From Eledone cirrhosa (Eukaryota): a stretch of 64,000 nt of DNA. Below, piece by piece: positions 11,698-25,500 of this stretch. Within the stretch, counting starts at the first letter, position 1; each line of letters begins with the position of its first letter. The stretch lies in the NCBI GenBank assembly GCA_964016885.1, contig CAXHJY010001714.1, positions 1 to 64,000 of the forward strand. Reading direction: 5' to 3'. The translations under genes were made by a program, and so were the position numbers. Under the pieces are notes generated by a model, which saw nothing but the letters and a program-made list of their open reading frames with translations, was not told where the DNA came from and made no database searches.

Positions 11698-13129
11698 ATA
11701 TATATAGGCGAAATCCCAGCCGCAGCATTAAGTGGTTTCAGTCGCAGACTCTATATATATGTGTGTGTGCTTTTAGCAGTTAAAAATAATATGTAGTGTT
11801 AGCATAAAAGGAATATGTTATTAAATTGTAGTAGCAAGAAATGTAACGCTTTGTTATGTGGCAATGTTAGCCGAAAGTGAATGTAACATAGAAGTTGTTG
11901 AAGTTGTTATTCGGTTGTAAGGTTGTTGCCACGAAAGAAGAGAATTTGCTGTCGTAGTGATAGAACCTTGGGAAAAGGATTTTCCCATATCACATCCAAG
12001 GTGGTGGCAGTAAAAATATTATAAGACTTTATAACTTTTTACATGATTTATTTACAACCAAAACAGGATTGTGTTGGCATGCCAAATAAAGTGAACAAAC
12101 AAAATTAAGTGTTATATGCAAAGGAAGCGGTCCCTAGCCAACAGGGCCAATATTTCTTGATTACTGTTACATGTTGGCTAGTTGTTGACACTGCAAGGAA
12201 AAATGGATGTTAACTTCTTGATGTCAAAGCAGCAACTAGTTTTAAGTGAAACAAAAGAAGCGCAAAAATCTTCTAGCAGGGCGGACGTTGTATATTCATG
12301 CACGACTTACGATTGGTCAACCGGTGACCAAATCCCACATGAATAGATTATTGTTACGCGCCATGAAACAACTTTGCTACATGCTCATGCGAAGCCAGTA
12401 ACAGCATTTTATCAGAAGGGTAAAACTTTCTTTCAAGTTCACTTCCCTGTGAATATTTATCTTGAATATATGGAAACATTTTATGAGAATCCATGAACTT
12501 CCTGAGCATAGATACAATGTACCCCTTTGCAACATGCTATCATAAGCCATGTGTGTGTATGTATGTCTCTCTCTCTCTCTCTCTATACATACATATATAT
12601 ATATATATATATCATTCTCACTACTTTATATCTGCTTTCCATATTGGATGCATTTCATTTTGGTACGGTTTCTATGGCTGGATGCTCTTCCTGACACCAA
12701 CTACTCTACATTGGGTACTGGATGCATATTATCATGGTACCAGCACTACCATTTTACAGTATTAGCTGGATGCATCTTATTGAGGTACCAGCACCTACCA
12801 TTTTTCAGAGTAAAGTGGGTACGTTTTATTATGGCTTCAGCACTACCACGTTACAGAATAGGCTGGATGCACCAATACTAGGGTAATTGTTGTATCCTCC
12901 CCAGGACAGAGAGAGGCAGTGATGGGAAGTGAGAGCATGATAAAAGTGCTGCGGGTAGCAATTGCTTACCAAGTGGAAAGGACAGCGAGGTGACATTAAA
13001 GAGAAGGAAAATGATGACTGGTGTGTGCACATGTGTATGTGTTGTGTGTATCATAATTACCATCATCATATTCGTTTTTACATCTGTTTTTCTATGTTTG
13101 CATTGAGTGAATGGATGTTCTGAACAATA

Positions 13130-14566
13130 TCTGACTACTTGTTGCAGTCACTCACCATCTCTTTTGTGAAGATCAATCTCATGAAATCTGCTTTCACCAC
13201 TTCTTCCCAAGTCACCCTCTGTATTCCTCTTCCACAGGCTCCATCACTTCTCACTTCTTTATTCAATGTTCATCCTCCATATGCATCAAATGTCCATACC
13301 AACATAGTCTCTTCTCTTATACACTATATCTGATTCTTTCCATGTCCAGTTTTTCTCCCAGCCTATTTGTGCTGGTAACGTGTTACAGCAGATAACTAGT
13401 CCAACACACCTAGCAGTGCATGTTTGTCTCATTGTTTTCCTGCTTTTGCACATTCTCCACATTCAGTGTCCATGTTTCACTATCATACAACATTGCACTT
13501 TGTACTCAAACATTATGTCTTTCACTCAGTGAGAGAGAACCCCTTCATTGCCAGCAAAGGTTTTTCATCTCATTCTTATTCTGGTTACTATGATTTTAGA
13601 GCACCCACTTCTACTGCTAACTAGGTCACCTATTTAAAACATCTATGGAGACTTGAATATTTGATAAAATTTGAGTATTTGATAAAAATGTTCTTAATGC
13701 TTACTGTATATCTGCCACATGCCATGTCTTCATTTTCTGTTAACCTCCCTGTGATTCCACTAAACTTCTTATGCACCTATAGTTTACATTGGACAGTGTT
13801 TGGAATACCTATCTACTCCTTTTCTGTACAATGAGCATGGCCACTTCCCAAATATCTGTAGAGTCATGTCTTCTTTCCTGTTAACTAATATTTTATTCTT
13901 TGCCAGGTTTACTTAAGATCTTTCTATTCTAGTCTTTGCTTCCACGTTTTGAATTTCTTCTCTAAATTATTCTATGAGAAGTAAATCATTGGCATTCAAG
14001 AGTTTTCATGGATATCTATTCTTGATCTCCTCTGTTATAGCCTGGACAACTATAAATAACAAAAGGGGACTTACACATGTTGGCTAAAAAGTTCATAGGC
14101 TGACCAAGATACTCTTGATGGAAACTTTCCTGCACACTAAATTTCTCTCTGAACTCATTTCCGAATTTACTTTGTAGATGGCATTTCAGTAAATGACTTG
14201 AACAGCTCTTGCTAGTCATTTATCTACACCTAATGTTTTTAATAACTACCAGACTGCATAGTGTGGTACCTTGTCAAATGCCTTCTCCATATCAATATGT
14301 TAGATACCGTGGCTTCCTCTTAGTTAAGAGCATTCCTGTAGTTGTTTCACTAGAAAAGGGGCACTAATGGTACCTCATCCTAATATAAATTGAAACTGCA
14401 TTACATCTAGGCTAATTCTTCTTATTTTTATAACCTAGTCCATCAATTTTCCTTCCCCCTGTAGCTGCTCTATTCTAGAGTTTCTCTTTTGTCTTTGTAG
14501 CAATTGATGATGATACTGCTACATCAGTCATTTGGGTAGGACACCTCCCCATACTACCTGAATGAT
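13130..14566 (-). mobile_element. Old, degraded RTE-clade LINE
   Basis: Reverse-strand remnants of KWPCSLY, VHKK, MEKAFDKVP and SSIIINCYK motifs with many stops. Confidence 0.75.
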
Positions 14567-14567
14567 T

Positions 14568-14830
14568 CAGTCACTCTCCAACAGGTTTGCAGTTGAGCCC
14601 ATGACAGTGGAGACTTCTGGTGTCCTTGACCCTAGAGCCACCTCCCTGCTCACCACCATCGGCACAGAGTTGGCTAACCACAGGTGTGGGCTCGTGAGCT
14701 GAAATGGCTCTTGCAGCACATCTCCCTCACCATTCTCTGAGGAAACGCCTTCCCCATTCTGATGGCCAGGGCCGCGGGGCGGCCAGTGCATAGGTCCCCA
14801 TTTGCCCATAATAGTAAGAGATGGGGAGAG
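14568..14830 (+). mobile_element. 3' fragment of a CRE-like (restriction-like endonuclease) non-LTR retrotransposon
   Basis: GC-rich island translating QSLSNRFAVEPMTVETSGVLDPRATSLLTTIG / ARELKWLLQHISLTIL*GNAFPIL (one frameshift, CGA>TGA); matches the P.AVET.G...WL.QRIS....RGNA C-terminus of CRE-clade elements. Confidence 0.65.
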
Positions 14831-15969
14831 TGGGAGAGACGGAGGTAGTGACAGTGAGAGTTTGGTTCTTTTGTGTTTAAACCTTGTGCATGTGTATGTT
14901 TCACAGAGACACACTCATGTATGTGACCCTAACCACTAGACATTAACAGGCATATGAACTATCTAACCCACCCTCATGTAGTAACTAGCTTGAGCCTTAT
15001 TTCACCAGATATTTTCAGCATCTCAATGACTACCCTTGATAGTCCAGCTGCTTTCTCTGTGTTTATATCCTGTGTTTATTTCCTAACCCAACTTTATATG
15101 TTATTTACCAATAGGAAGATTTGAATTGAATACAGCAAACTAGCAGAACATTTATCAATGTTATAAAGTTGATACTGTTTACAGCAATTGTTGCTATCCT
15201 AGGATAGCTGTTTATAGCTATGTGGGCTAGACTACTGAATATTTAGAAATACTAATAATGGATGCAATGCAGTTAGCAACAGCATAGAAACTGCAGAGCT
15301 CTTATATAAATATACATACATACATGCACACATACATATATCATATATATATACATATATACATACAGTCTGTCTGAGCAATTGGTAGAATGAAGTAGCA
15401 TATGTAAATGAGATGCAGGACCCCGACCTATCTACATACTGATTCAGTCTTGGATCACCCAGGAAATCCAGGAAAGATGGACTTAAATGATAATGATGAT
15501 GATGATACAAACATAAATATATCATACATACATAATGCATGTACACAAACACACATATATATATATATATATTGGCAGTGTGCAAAGTTCTAATGTATTG
15601 GATTTCTGGTGCTAATTCTCTTTAGAGCTATCATAGACCCACATGATCATTATATATTCCATATTGATCTCTTTATATATGATCTTGAATTTTGAAACAA
15701 TAACCACAATTTGAAATTTTTATGAGCTTCATCAAATATTTTTGACTATAGAAAAATTGTTTAAATAATAGGGCTTACAAGCCCCTTTAATGGAAAAAAA
15801 TGGAAATTAGCACCTATGGGATACAAACCCACACTTTCTTGCTAGACAGAAATGCTACTATTACAATAAAGTACCCATCACATTTTCTTCTGTTATTTAA
15901 AGCTATAGACATTCGTTTATCTCTCACTAAGTATATATAGCTTCTAACTTTCTCATTAAAAAATATATA

Positions 15970-16282
15970 CAGTTGTCCCCCGGTATTCACGGGGTTACGT
16001 TGCTAGAGCACACGCAAAGAGTGAAAAACCGCGAATATTGGATGTGGTCCATAAAAATACCTATGAACATCAAAACATAATGTAAAATATATAGGTCGGC
16101 AAAATGGTATATTATTATTAATAATTTAGCATTAAAAAATATGTATTGCCATGAAAAAGGCATTAAAAAATCATGGAAGATATTTACAATTCCGTGAATA
16201 TGCATTGGTTTCCACAAACAATTATTAGTTAGGTTCTAAGGAAAATTCCGCGAATAACCGGAACTGTGCTGGGGGTACACTG
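15970..16282. mobile_element. Tc1/mariner-Tigger-type MITE
   Basis: TA|cagttgtcccccggtattcacgg ... ccgcgaataaccgg...gggggtacactg|TA: imperfect TIRs with TA flanks. Confidence 0.7.
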
Positions 16283-16889
16283 TATGTCTATATATATATA
16301 CACACATATATATATATATACACACACACACACATACATGAAGAGACATTTTTTAAATTATGCATACGGATGCCTGTGTGTGTGTGTAATGTATGTTTCA
16401 TAAATCCAGATCAATAACTAATAAATAAGGTCATTAGCAATTATTGGTGACTGAAAAATTATCCACTATAGGCAATGTCATTTTCCATGCTAGCCTGGGT
16501 AATAAACTATGCAATGCAAGGAGTTCACTTGACAACCATGTGATACCGGGTTCAGTCCCACTGTACAGCATCTTGGGCAAGTGTTCTCTACTATAGCCAC
16601 AGGTTGACCAATGAATTGTAAGTAGAATTTGGGAGATGGAAACTGCAGAATTCTATCATATCATCACTGTTTTACATCTATTTTCCATGCTTCCATGGAT
16701 CAGATGAGTTGACAAATTCTGAGGCCAAACAGGTCAGATGATTGCCTTGCTCATACTTTCATTTCTGGCATGGGTTTTACAGATGGATGCCCTTCCTAAT
16801 GCCAACTATTTCATGGCGTGCACTGAGTGCATTTTATTGTGATACTAATACCACCTCATTATCTTTCATACACTCCACCAGATGTCTAT

Positions 16890-17632
16890 GCCATACCTTG
16901 CACATATCAGTACTGTGTGTTGGATGTGTTTTTACACCTGCTGGATGCCCTTGCTAACACCAGCCACATATAAAGTGTGGATCTGGGTGGCACTGTTATG
17001 AGTAGGGTCTGGCCAGTTGACTGCACCATACCCTGCTCACAGAGGAACTGTATTTTAGGAGTTAGGTGGTCCCATTATGAGGGAGGTCTGGATAGTTGTC
17101 TGCTCCATGTTGCTCATAATGGAGTCATATTTAGGCTGGGTTTTTATGGCTGCATGATGCCATTCCTACTGCCAACCACATTTACAGTGTGTAATTGGGT
17201 GGCACCGTTATGAGACAAGTCTGGCCAGTTGGCTGCACTGTACCTTCATCAGACGGAACTGTATTTTGGCTGGGATTTTTACAGTTGGGTGCCCCTCCTA
17301 ACACCAACCATGTTTACAGTGTGGAATTGGGTGGTCCTGTTATTAACAAGTCTGACAAGATGGTCATACCGTACCTTGCACATGCTGGGACTGTGTGTTG
17401 ACTGGGTTTTTATGGCTGCTGGATGCTCTTTCTAACACCAATTATGTTTACAGTGTGGAGCTGAGTGGCACCGTTATGTGGAGCAGTTGGCCAGTTGACC
17501 ACACCATACCCTGCTCACAGTGGAACCGTATTATGGGAACTGGGTGGTCCCATTATGAAAGAGGTCAAGCCAGTTTTCTAATAGTGGGGCAGTATTTAGG
17601 ATGAGTTTTAATGGCTACTGGATGCCCTTCAT
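16890..17632. repeat. Diverged tandem array built from the RTE 3'-UTR motif
   Basis: Recurring ggtttttatggctg..gatgcccttcctaacaccaaccacatttacagtgtg..gggtggcac units of ~120-230 bp. Confidence 0.7.
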
Positions 17633-17634
17633 AA

Positions 17635-18370
17635 TGAGAGTTTACATGGATGGTCCTATCCAAACTGTTGACTTGTTATTGGGTTATGATGGGAGGGAGA
17701 CGGGAGTGGGTAGATGGAGAACAGTAAATTTTAATATCACTTTACCATCACCATCATCATAACCATAACCACCACATCATCATCACCATCAACAACACAA
17801 CCACCACCTCTTCCTCCCCCTTATATGCTTACCATTATTCTACAGTAATCCACTGGCCATAGAAATATGGCCCTAGCTATCATTGTTGTCATTTGGATTG
17901 GCAGTATCGGTAGAGTGTCAGACACCATGTTTTGCAGAATAGAGTTATGGCCCTTTACGATCTGAGTTCAAATCCCGCCAAGGTTAACTTTACCTTTCAT
18001 CCTTACGGGGGTCGATAAAATAAAGTACCAGTAATACACTGGGATAATTGCTGGCCTTGTGCCAAAAGTAGAAACAATTATTATACTGGCTGACCTTTGA
18101 ATTCCTGCTAACTATTTAACAGTTGCCTCTCCTCCCCAACAGTCATCATTCTACACCAGTCCTATTTATACAGTCATCATTCTACACCAATCCCACTGAC
18201 CAGTTTTACAATTCTTTACAATTCATCGCTTCTGTGATATTGAAATTTACTATTCTCCATCTAGCAACTCCCATCTCCCACCTATCCACCATAAACCAAT
18301 AACATGTATATAAAATAAACATGGGACATATGTCAACAGTTTGGATGGGAACCACCCATGTAAACTCTCA
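17635..18370. mobile_element. Fold-back element with ~105-135-bp inverted arms and an internal SINE
   Basis: 17635-17740 is the reverse complement (with an indel) of 18234-18370; Meta-like SINE at ~17895-18082 inside. Confidence 0.6.
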
Positions 18371-18624
18371 TATGTGAAGAAGTGTCAATTAAGAGTCATC
18401 ACCTAATCAAACCCAAGCTGATCAATATAGAAACAATTCAATATGAAATAAGGTTTGACAAAAAGCTGAAATTCTTATTGTCACTCTATATATATATACA
18501 CGCTGCAAAGTACAGCCACCTTAAACCTAGAGCTCAACCCAACGAGAGATGGTCTCCGTAACAGCATTGAGTGCTTCGACCAGTGTCACCACAGGCAACC
18601 ACAAGTTACTCACATAATAACCTA

Positions 18625-19312
18625 TATCATCATCATCGTCGTCATTTTACGTCCGCTTTTCCCTGCTTGCAAGGGTGGGACGGGTCCTATTCAACGCAGC
18701 ATCTATCCATTTGTCACGGTCCTTCATTATCTTCTCCGTGAGCTCCAGCGATCTGAGGTCCGCCCATATTTTTCGTGGTCTCCCTCTACTGCGTCTTCCT
18801 ACTACTGGCATTTCTTTACCCAGCGGTCATCCTCCATGCACATCACATGTCCATACCATCTCAGTCTTCTCTCCCGCGCACTACAACTTATCCCTCTTAT
18901 ACACAGTTTCTCTCTCAACTCATCTCTGCTTGGTTGTTCACGCACATTGACATTACACATCCAACGGAGCATGCTTGCTTCATTTCTCTCCAGCCGTCGC
19001 ATATCCTCTGCAGTTGCTGCCCATGTCTCACTACCATGCAGCATCGCACATCTCACACATGCATCATATAACCGGTCTTTCATACGCAGGGAGATACCCT
19101 TCTTTGTCAGCAGAGGGAACAGCTCCCTAAACTTCTTCCAACCGTCCTTATTCTAGATACTATGACCTGGGAACACCCCCCTCCCATGCTAATCTGATCA
19201 CCTAGGTACCGGAAGCTATCAACCACTTCTATAGAACCTACCTGCATTTGAAAAATGTGTCTATCAATGCAACTTCTACTGTCAAATTTCCCTGTACATC
19301 TACTGCATACAT
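18625..19312 (-). mobile_element. RTE-clade LINE 3' fragment with (GAT)n tail
   Basis: ORF 18802..19083 LYDACVRCAMLHGSETW...RRLRWYGHV; same subfamily as 2630-3037. Confidence 0.9.
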
Positions 19313-19613
19313 ATTTTTTTTTACCATGATATCATGATATAATACATGAACAGCATGCAATACTTATCGTGAATAATTAATTCAATAATGTGTGACACTG
19401 GCAATCATACAGCCTCGGTTGATCATTTTTAACAATACTAAATGCTACACATAATCCATAATAGTGGTTCTATTGATTTTAACATGTTGAATTGGCTTGC
19501 ATATGAAAGTTGCTTCTTGTTTCTTCAGAAATTAAAAAAAAATATCCATCCTTAATAATAGAAATTTGTGGCAAATATTTGGGTCATTCTCGGAATGTAA
19601 ATATAATGCAATG

Positions 19614-19814
19614 CAGTGGCGAAGGGTAACCTGGAAAGCAGGGCATGCAGTCCAATCGCCATGGCGGAAAGTGTTATCTAGTGTGTGTGTTATCTTTTTA
19701 TGTGTCTACGATTTACCAAGCAGCCAAAATTCTGCTTGCTTCAACCGACGCTGTTGATCAATGCAATTGATCAACTCAAGATTCTATAACGCATGCACGC
19801 ACCATTCGCCCCTG
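19614..19814. mobile_element. MITE with cag(t/g)ggcgaa TIRs and a possible 3-bp ATG target duplication
   Basis: atg|cagtggcgaagggt ... accattcgcccctg|atg; CpG-rich interior with short palindromes. Confidence 0.55.
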
Positions 19815-21534
19815 ATGCATTGGACTCTTAACGTTCTGTATCTTTTTTTCTTTTTAAGCCTAAGCAAGGCAATAAAGCCACTAAAATGCAAGGGATTACT
19901 GAGAAGGAAAAAAGGAGATAACAGAGAGAAAATAATTCAAGGAGAGAGAGATGATTGATATTGCTTTTGAATTTTTGCAAATTGTAGCCCTCAGGAATGC
20001 AAGAAGCTGGAAGAGAACTCTATAGGTGAAATGTGCAAGGGAAGAAACTATCATAATAGAATTTACAATTGCAATTAAGAACGTCAACTGTAAAGGGGAT
20101 GAGACCTACCCACATTGAATTCATTACCAAGGCATTCTTGAAAAGTACAAAATAGCACTATTACTGAATCATATTAAAAATTAGTCTTTATTTTAGTTTA
20201 TTGCAAATTTTCACAATGGTGTACCCACGAGTAAAGTTACAGTGAACATTTGAATTAGCAAACCTGTTTTTTTGCTACATCATTGCAGGATGTTAAGAGT
20301 TCATCATATTGTGTACCTTTCTATTCACATATCCATCTAACTATATATATGTGTGTGTGTATGCATGTGTGTAGAGGTTTTGGAGCTTCAATAAAATGCA
20401 CCCAGCTACTCTGTAAAGTGGTTGGCATTAGGAAGAGCATCCAGCATTAGAAACCATGTCAAAATATGCAATGTATGAGCAAGACCTGGTCTTAGATACA
20501 CAGACATGTATATCAACATCAGCAGCAGCAGCATTATTTAATGTCCATTTTCTTTACTATATATTCAAATGCCTATCAATGTACATATATTTGTTTTTCT
20601 ATCCATCCATTTACCAATCTATAAAATTCAGCATTAAAACCTAAATGAGCAATAAAATGTCTACCATATTAAACTAGTTGGACATTTTGCTATCTCTACA
20701 TTACTTTCTCACATTGATTTAACTCTTCTGTTACCATATTTCTAATAAAATACACAGCCCATGTGTTTCAATTTATTTTGAAAATATTGAATATACAGGA
20801 ATTTAATATTATAGCTTAACCTTTTCATTATTAAACTTACTTAACAAAAGGTCTTTACATAAAATTAATATGGAATGATGGAAGGTTTTAATAACACACA
20901 CTTTATAAAGAGCAGTTCTGTAACATAAAACCAGGGGTGGTTTCTTGCAGTTTGCTAACACGTGTGTTAAACAACACACAACTGCAACAACAAAATCCTC
21001 AATTAGAATGTAAAAGCAAGAATTGGGTCCCACCAACAAGACAAACTTCTGGTAACCTGTGTAAATCAGTGGTTCTCATTCTTTTCACTACTAAGAGCCC
21101 CTATTACTAAGAGAAATGTTTATACTTAGAGAAAAATGGATACCTATAGAGTGTGCATGTAGGCGAATTGACAGTAATTAGAACATCAGATAGAATGCTT
21201 TTCAGTATTCATTCCTGCTCTCTATGCTCTGAGTTCAAATCCCACAGAGGTTAACTTTGCCTTTCATCCTTTTGATGTTATAAATAAAGAACCAGTTCAA
21301 TACTGGGATAGATTCTTTCTCTGGAAGAAATCAGCTGTGTTCCAATCTGGAGAGAGTGGGATTCCACCAATTTCAAAATGGCCAAGACACTTCATATATC
21401 ATGACAGCATCCCAACAAATCAGAAGTTATGGGTCCACACACATACATAATATGTGCATATCATGTTTATAACAAATTAATCTCTCCACTTATTTATTTT
21501 TCAGATTCATTAATTCTCTCTCTATATATATAAA

Positions 21535-22490
21535 TGCAGGCTGTAACAGAAGAGTTTATGACTGGCTATCCATGGGAATTTTTGTAGTAGATGACCTAAT
21601 CCTTATAGGTGAATCTATGGCAGATTTAGAGAAGAAATTCCAAACCTAGAAGCATGACTTAGAATGAAAAGGTCTTAAAATTAACTCAACAAAGACTAAA
21701 GTCCTAGTATGTAGAAAGGAAAACAGGACCCAGATTACCTGAGGGAAATGGCCTTTCTCAGTGTGCAGAACATGAGGATGTTATGAAATCACAGTAGCCA
21801 GTGTGAGAATGGGATGGAGAAGGTTCAGGGAGCTACTACAGCTGCTAACAACAAAAGGTTTTTCCTTCAAAATGAGGGGCACATTGTTTGATGCATGTAT
21901 ACGAATAGCAATGTTGCAGAGGACCTGTGAAGATTGGAAAAAAATGAAGCTTCTATGCTTTGATGGATGTGTCATAGTAATATACATGAATGGCAAAACA
22001 TAAATGAACTGAAAGAGAAACTAGGCAAAGAGGGATATGATGCAGTATGCAGGAGAGGAAATTGCATTGGTATGGACATATATTGCATATGAAGGATGAC
22101 AGCTGTATAAGGCAATGACATAAGATCGAGATCTCTGGCGTTATGCAGTAATACCCGCCTTCTCATGGGTACAGACTCAAACATACATCTAGTAGAAAGC
22201 AACTTCCCCTCCATCACCCCTTCCATATACCTCCCATATCCTAACACCCCACTTCTCACCCATTCCCCTAGATCTACCTCCCCCACCCAAGTCCCCAATC
22301 TATACTATATAGTGGGCATTTCGGTGCCACTGTAAATGTGGTTAGCATTAGGAAGGGCATCCAGCTGTAGAAATCTAGCCAGAAACAGTTCTGTATGAGC
22401 AGGACATGGTCACCTGACCCAACTTGCCCCAAATGAGACAACCTGTCTAACACATGCTAACATGGAAGGTGGACGTTAAACGATCATGAG
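21535..22490 (+). mobile_element. Degraded RTE-clade LINE 3' half, tail-to-tail with the 22510 copy
   Basis: Remnants of VDDLIL, KTKVLVCRKENRTQI, GWRRFRELL; 3' UTR ...ggaagggcatccagctgtagaaa...gctaacatggaaggtggacgttaaacgat. Confidence 0.85.
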
Positions 22491-22509
22491 ATATATATAT
22501 ATATATATC

Positions 22510-25500
22510 TCATCATCATCATCATCATCGTTTAACATCCATCTTCCACGCTAGCATGGGTCTGGACGGGAATTGTCCCACTTGAGGCAAGATTGGTTGT
22601 CTTGCTCAGGACTGTCTGGCGGGTTTTCTACGGCTGGATGCCCTTCCTAACACCAACCACGTTTACAGTGTAGACTGGGAGGTTTTTACCGTGTTACCTA
22701 CACAGCCATATTACAGCGTGGACTATGTGGTTTTTTTTTGTCATGACACCTACACGACCTCATTTATTTAGGACTGGATGTTGTGGTACCAACATAGCTT
22801 TACATCGAAAGGGGTGGTGTAGATGGCGGTGGGGGTAGGGGTAGTGGGACGGGGGTGTATTTTGGTTAAGAGGTGCCTACTGACTGTAGGTTTCGCTTTG
22901 TACTTAGGCAAGACGGGTCTTCTGTATTACTGCGTAGCACCAAAGATCTCAGTCCAGTGACATTGTCTTGGAGAGGTGTGTGTGAGGTCGGATTTTATCA
23001 AGTTGTCCCAGGTTTTTCTGGGTCTGCCTACTCCGTAGCTACCGTCTATTTTGATCGCCCTGCACTTTTTTTATACAGCTGTCGTCTTTCATGCGCATCA
23101 CGTGACCATACCAATGTAGTCTTCTCTCGAGTAAACAGCATCTGATGCCTCTTATTCCTAATTTCTCACTTAGTTCATTTATGCTTTGCCATTCGCGTAT
23201 AATACTATTACACATCCAATGGAGCATGCAAGCTTCGTTCCTCTCCAGTCTGCGTAGATCCTCTGCACACAAGGCCCAGGTCTCACTGCCATGTAACATC
23301 GCTGTTCGTATGCAGGCATCATACAGCCTGTCTTTCATTTTTAGAGAGAAACCCTTAGCGGCCAATAGTAGTATAAGCTCTCTGAACTTTTTCCATCCCG
23401 TTCGGACTCTAGCTACTGTACTTTCAGTGCACCCTCCACCACTGCTGATTTTGTCACCCAGGTAACGGAAGGTGTCCACTATTTCTATAGAACCATCTGG
23501 GCAATGGAATGAGCTAGTATTCTGTGGACATTTGCTGCTACTTAATGCACCAGAGCACCGGCCACATATAAAATCTATATTCTTAGTTAGCTTACCTGTG
23601 ATCCCACTACATCTTTTATGCACCCATACTTTGCATTTGGGACATAAAATGGAGTTTCTGCCTACTCCTTTCCTACACACTGAGCATGGCCATTTCCCAG
23701 ATGGGACCAGTGCCCTATTCTCCTTCCTACATATTAGAACTTTAGTCTTAGACAAGTTAATTTTAAGGCCGTTTGATTCTAGGCCATGCTTCCATGTTTG
23801 GAATTTCTTCTCTAGTTCAGCCATTGATTCAGCTATGAGCGTTAGATCATCTGCATATAGAAGTTCCCATGGGCAGCCGGTCTTGAACTCCTCCGTTATA
23901 GCTTGGAGGGCGATAATAAATAGGAGGGGGCTAAGGACGGAGCCCTGATGAACACCAACTTTAACGCTAAACTCTTCACTATATTCGTTGCTAACTCTAA
24001 CCTTGCTGATTGTTTCTTTATACATGGCTTGTATAGCTCTCACAAGCCATTCATCAACACCTAGTTTTCTAAGAGCCCACCAGATAATGGGGCGTGGGAC
24101 TCTGTCAAAGGCTTTCTCCAAGTCAACAAAAGCTAAGTATAGGGGTTTACTTTTAGCTAAGTATAGGGGTTTACAATGAAAAGAGCGTCTGTGGTACTTT
24201 TACCTGACACAAACCCGAACTGCATTTCATGTAGATCAATTCGTTCTCTGATTAGTTGCGCTATTACTTTTTCTGTGACCTTCATGACCTGGTCAATTAA
24301 TTTAATGCCTCTATAGTTTCCCCTATCTAGGGCATCTCCTTTATCCTTGTAGCAGTTAATGATGATGCTGCTACGCCAGCCCTTTGGTACGACCCCATTC
24401 TGTATGACTTGGTTTACTATCCGGGTGACCATAATGTGTCTCACCGTTCCAGATGCTTTCAGCATTTCAGTAACTATTTCCGAAGGTCCAGCCGCCTAGC
24501 CCGTCTTCATATCTTTGAATACCTTACTTATTATACTACCTTCAGCTTGCACTGCTGGTCCCTCTATTGGATCGATGTGGGGGAGACTGTCTTTCTCCCA
24601 TTTATTTTCCTCATTTAGTAGCCTTTCGTAGTGACACTTCCAAGCTACTTTCTTATCAGCGTCAGTGATGGCAAGTACACCATCATCATTACGGGCACAC
24701 TTCTCCCCGACAATATCACGGTTTTCCTTGACACATTGCCTAGCAATCTTGAACACCTCACGTTTTTGGTCCTTGCATTGTAGAACATGCTTGAACTTTC
24801 TTTCCTCTGCTTCCCTTCTTGCGAAGTACACTTGTCTCCTAGCTTCCCTCCTGGCTACTTGATAGTGTTCTCTACTTCCCCCATCCCGCCATACTTTCCA
24901 AGCCTGCTTTTTGGCCTTGATCGACTCCTCCACCTCCCTGTTCCACCACCAAGTTACTCTCCTCCTGCCTATAGGTCTGCTCCAGTCACAGATTTCATCT
25001 GTTGCCTTCAGCAGGTTAGCTTTCAGGGATTCCCACTGTTCCTCTATATTGTACGACTCTAATTGCTCTTCCTTACTGTCAAAAGCATCAAGTAATATGC
25101 TTTTAAATTTATTACTGGCTGTGGGGTCCTTTAACTTCCATATTTTTCTCCTGAGGATAGTCCTCCTCTGTTGTTGAGTACGTCTCATCCTGACTATGAG
25201 GCTATGTTGGGAGGTGCATTCTTCATGGGGGAGGGATTTAGTGTTTACAACAGACACTCTGTCACGTCTTCTGGTAAGGATATAATCTATCTGACGGGCG
25301 TGTTCCCCTGATTTATAGGTAATCAAGTGATTGTCTCGTTTTTTGAAGTTTGTGTTACAGATAGTTAGGTTATTTGCGTCACAGAATTCCAGGATTCTGG
25401 AACCTTCCTCATTTCTAGTACCAAACCTCCATGGATTCCGTCATAGCCGTCAAAGTGTTGTCCAACGTGACCATTTAGGTCACCAGCAATAATTATATAG

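Noticed and set aside
23145-23948. Long plus-strand ORFs opposite the LINE (likewise 1595..1966, 18836..19156, 47463..47909)
   Set aside because: Antisense shadows of the RTE coding frame
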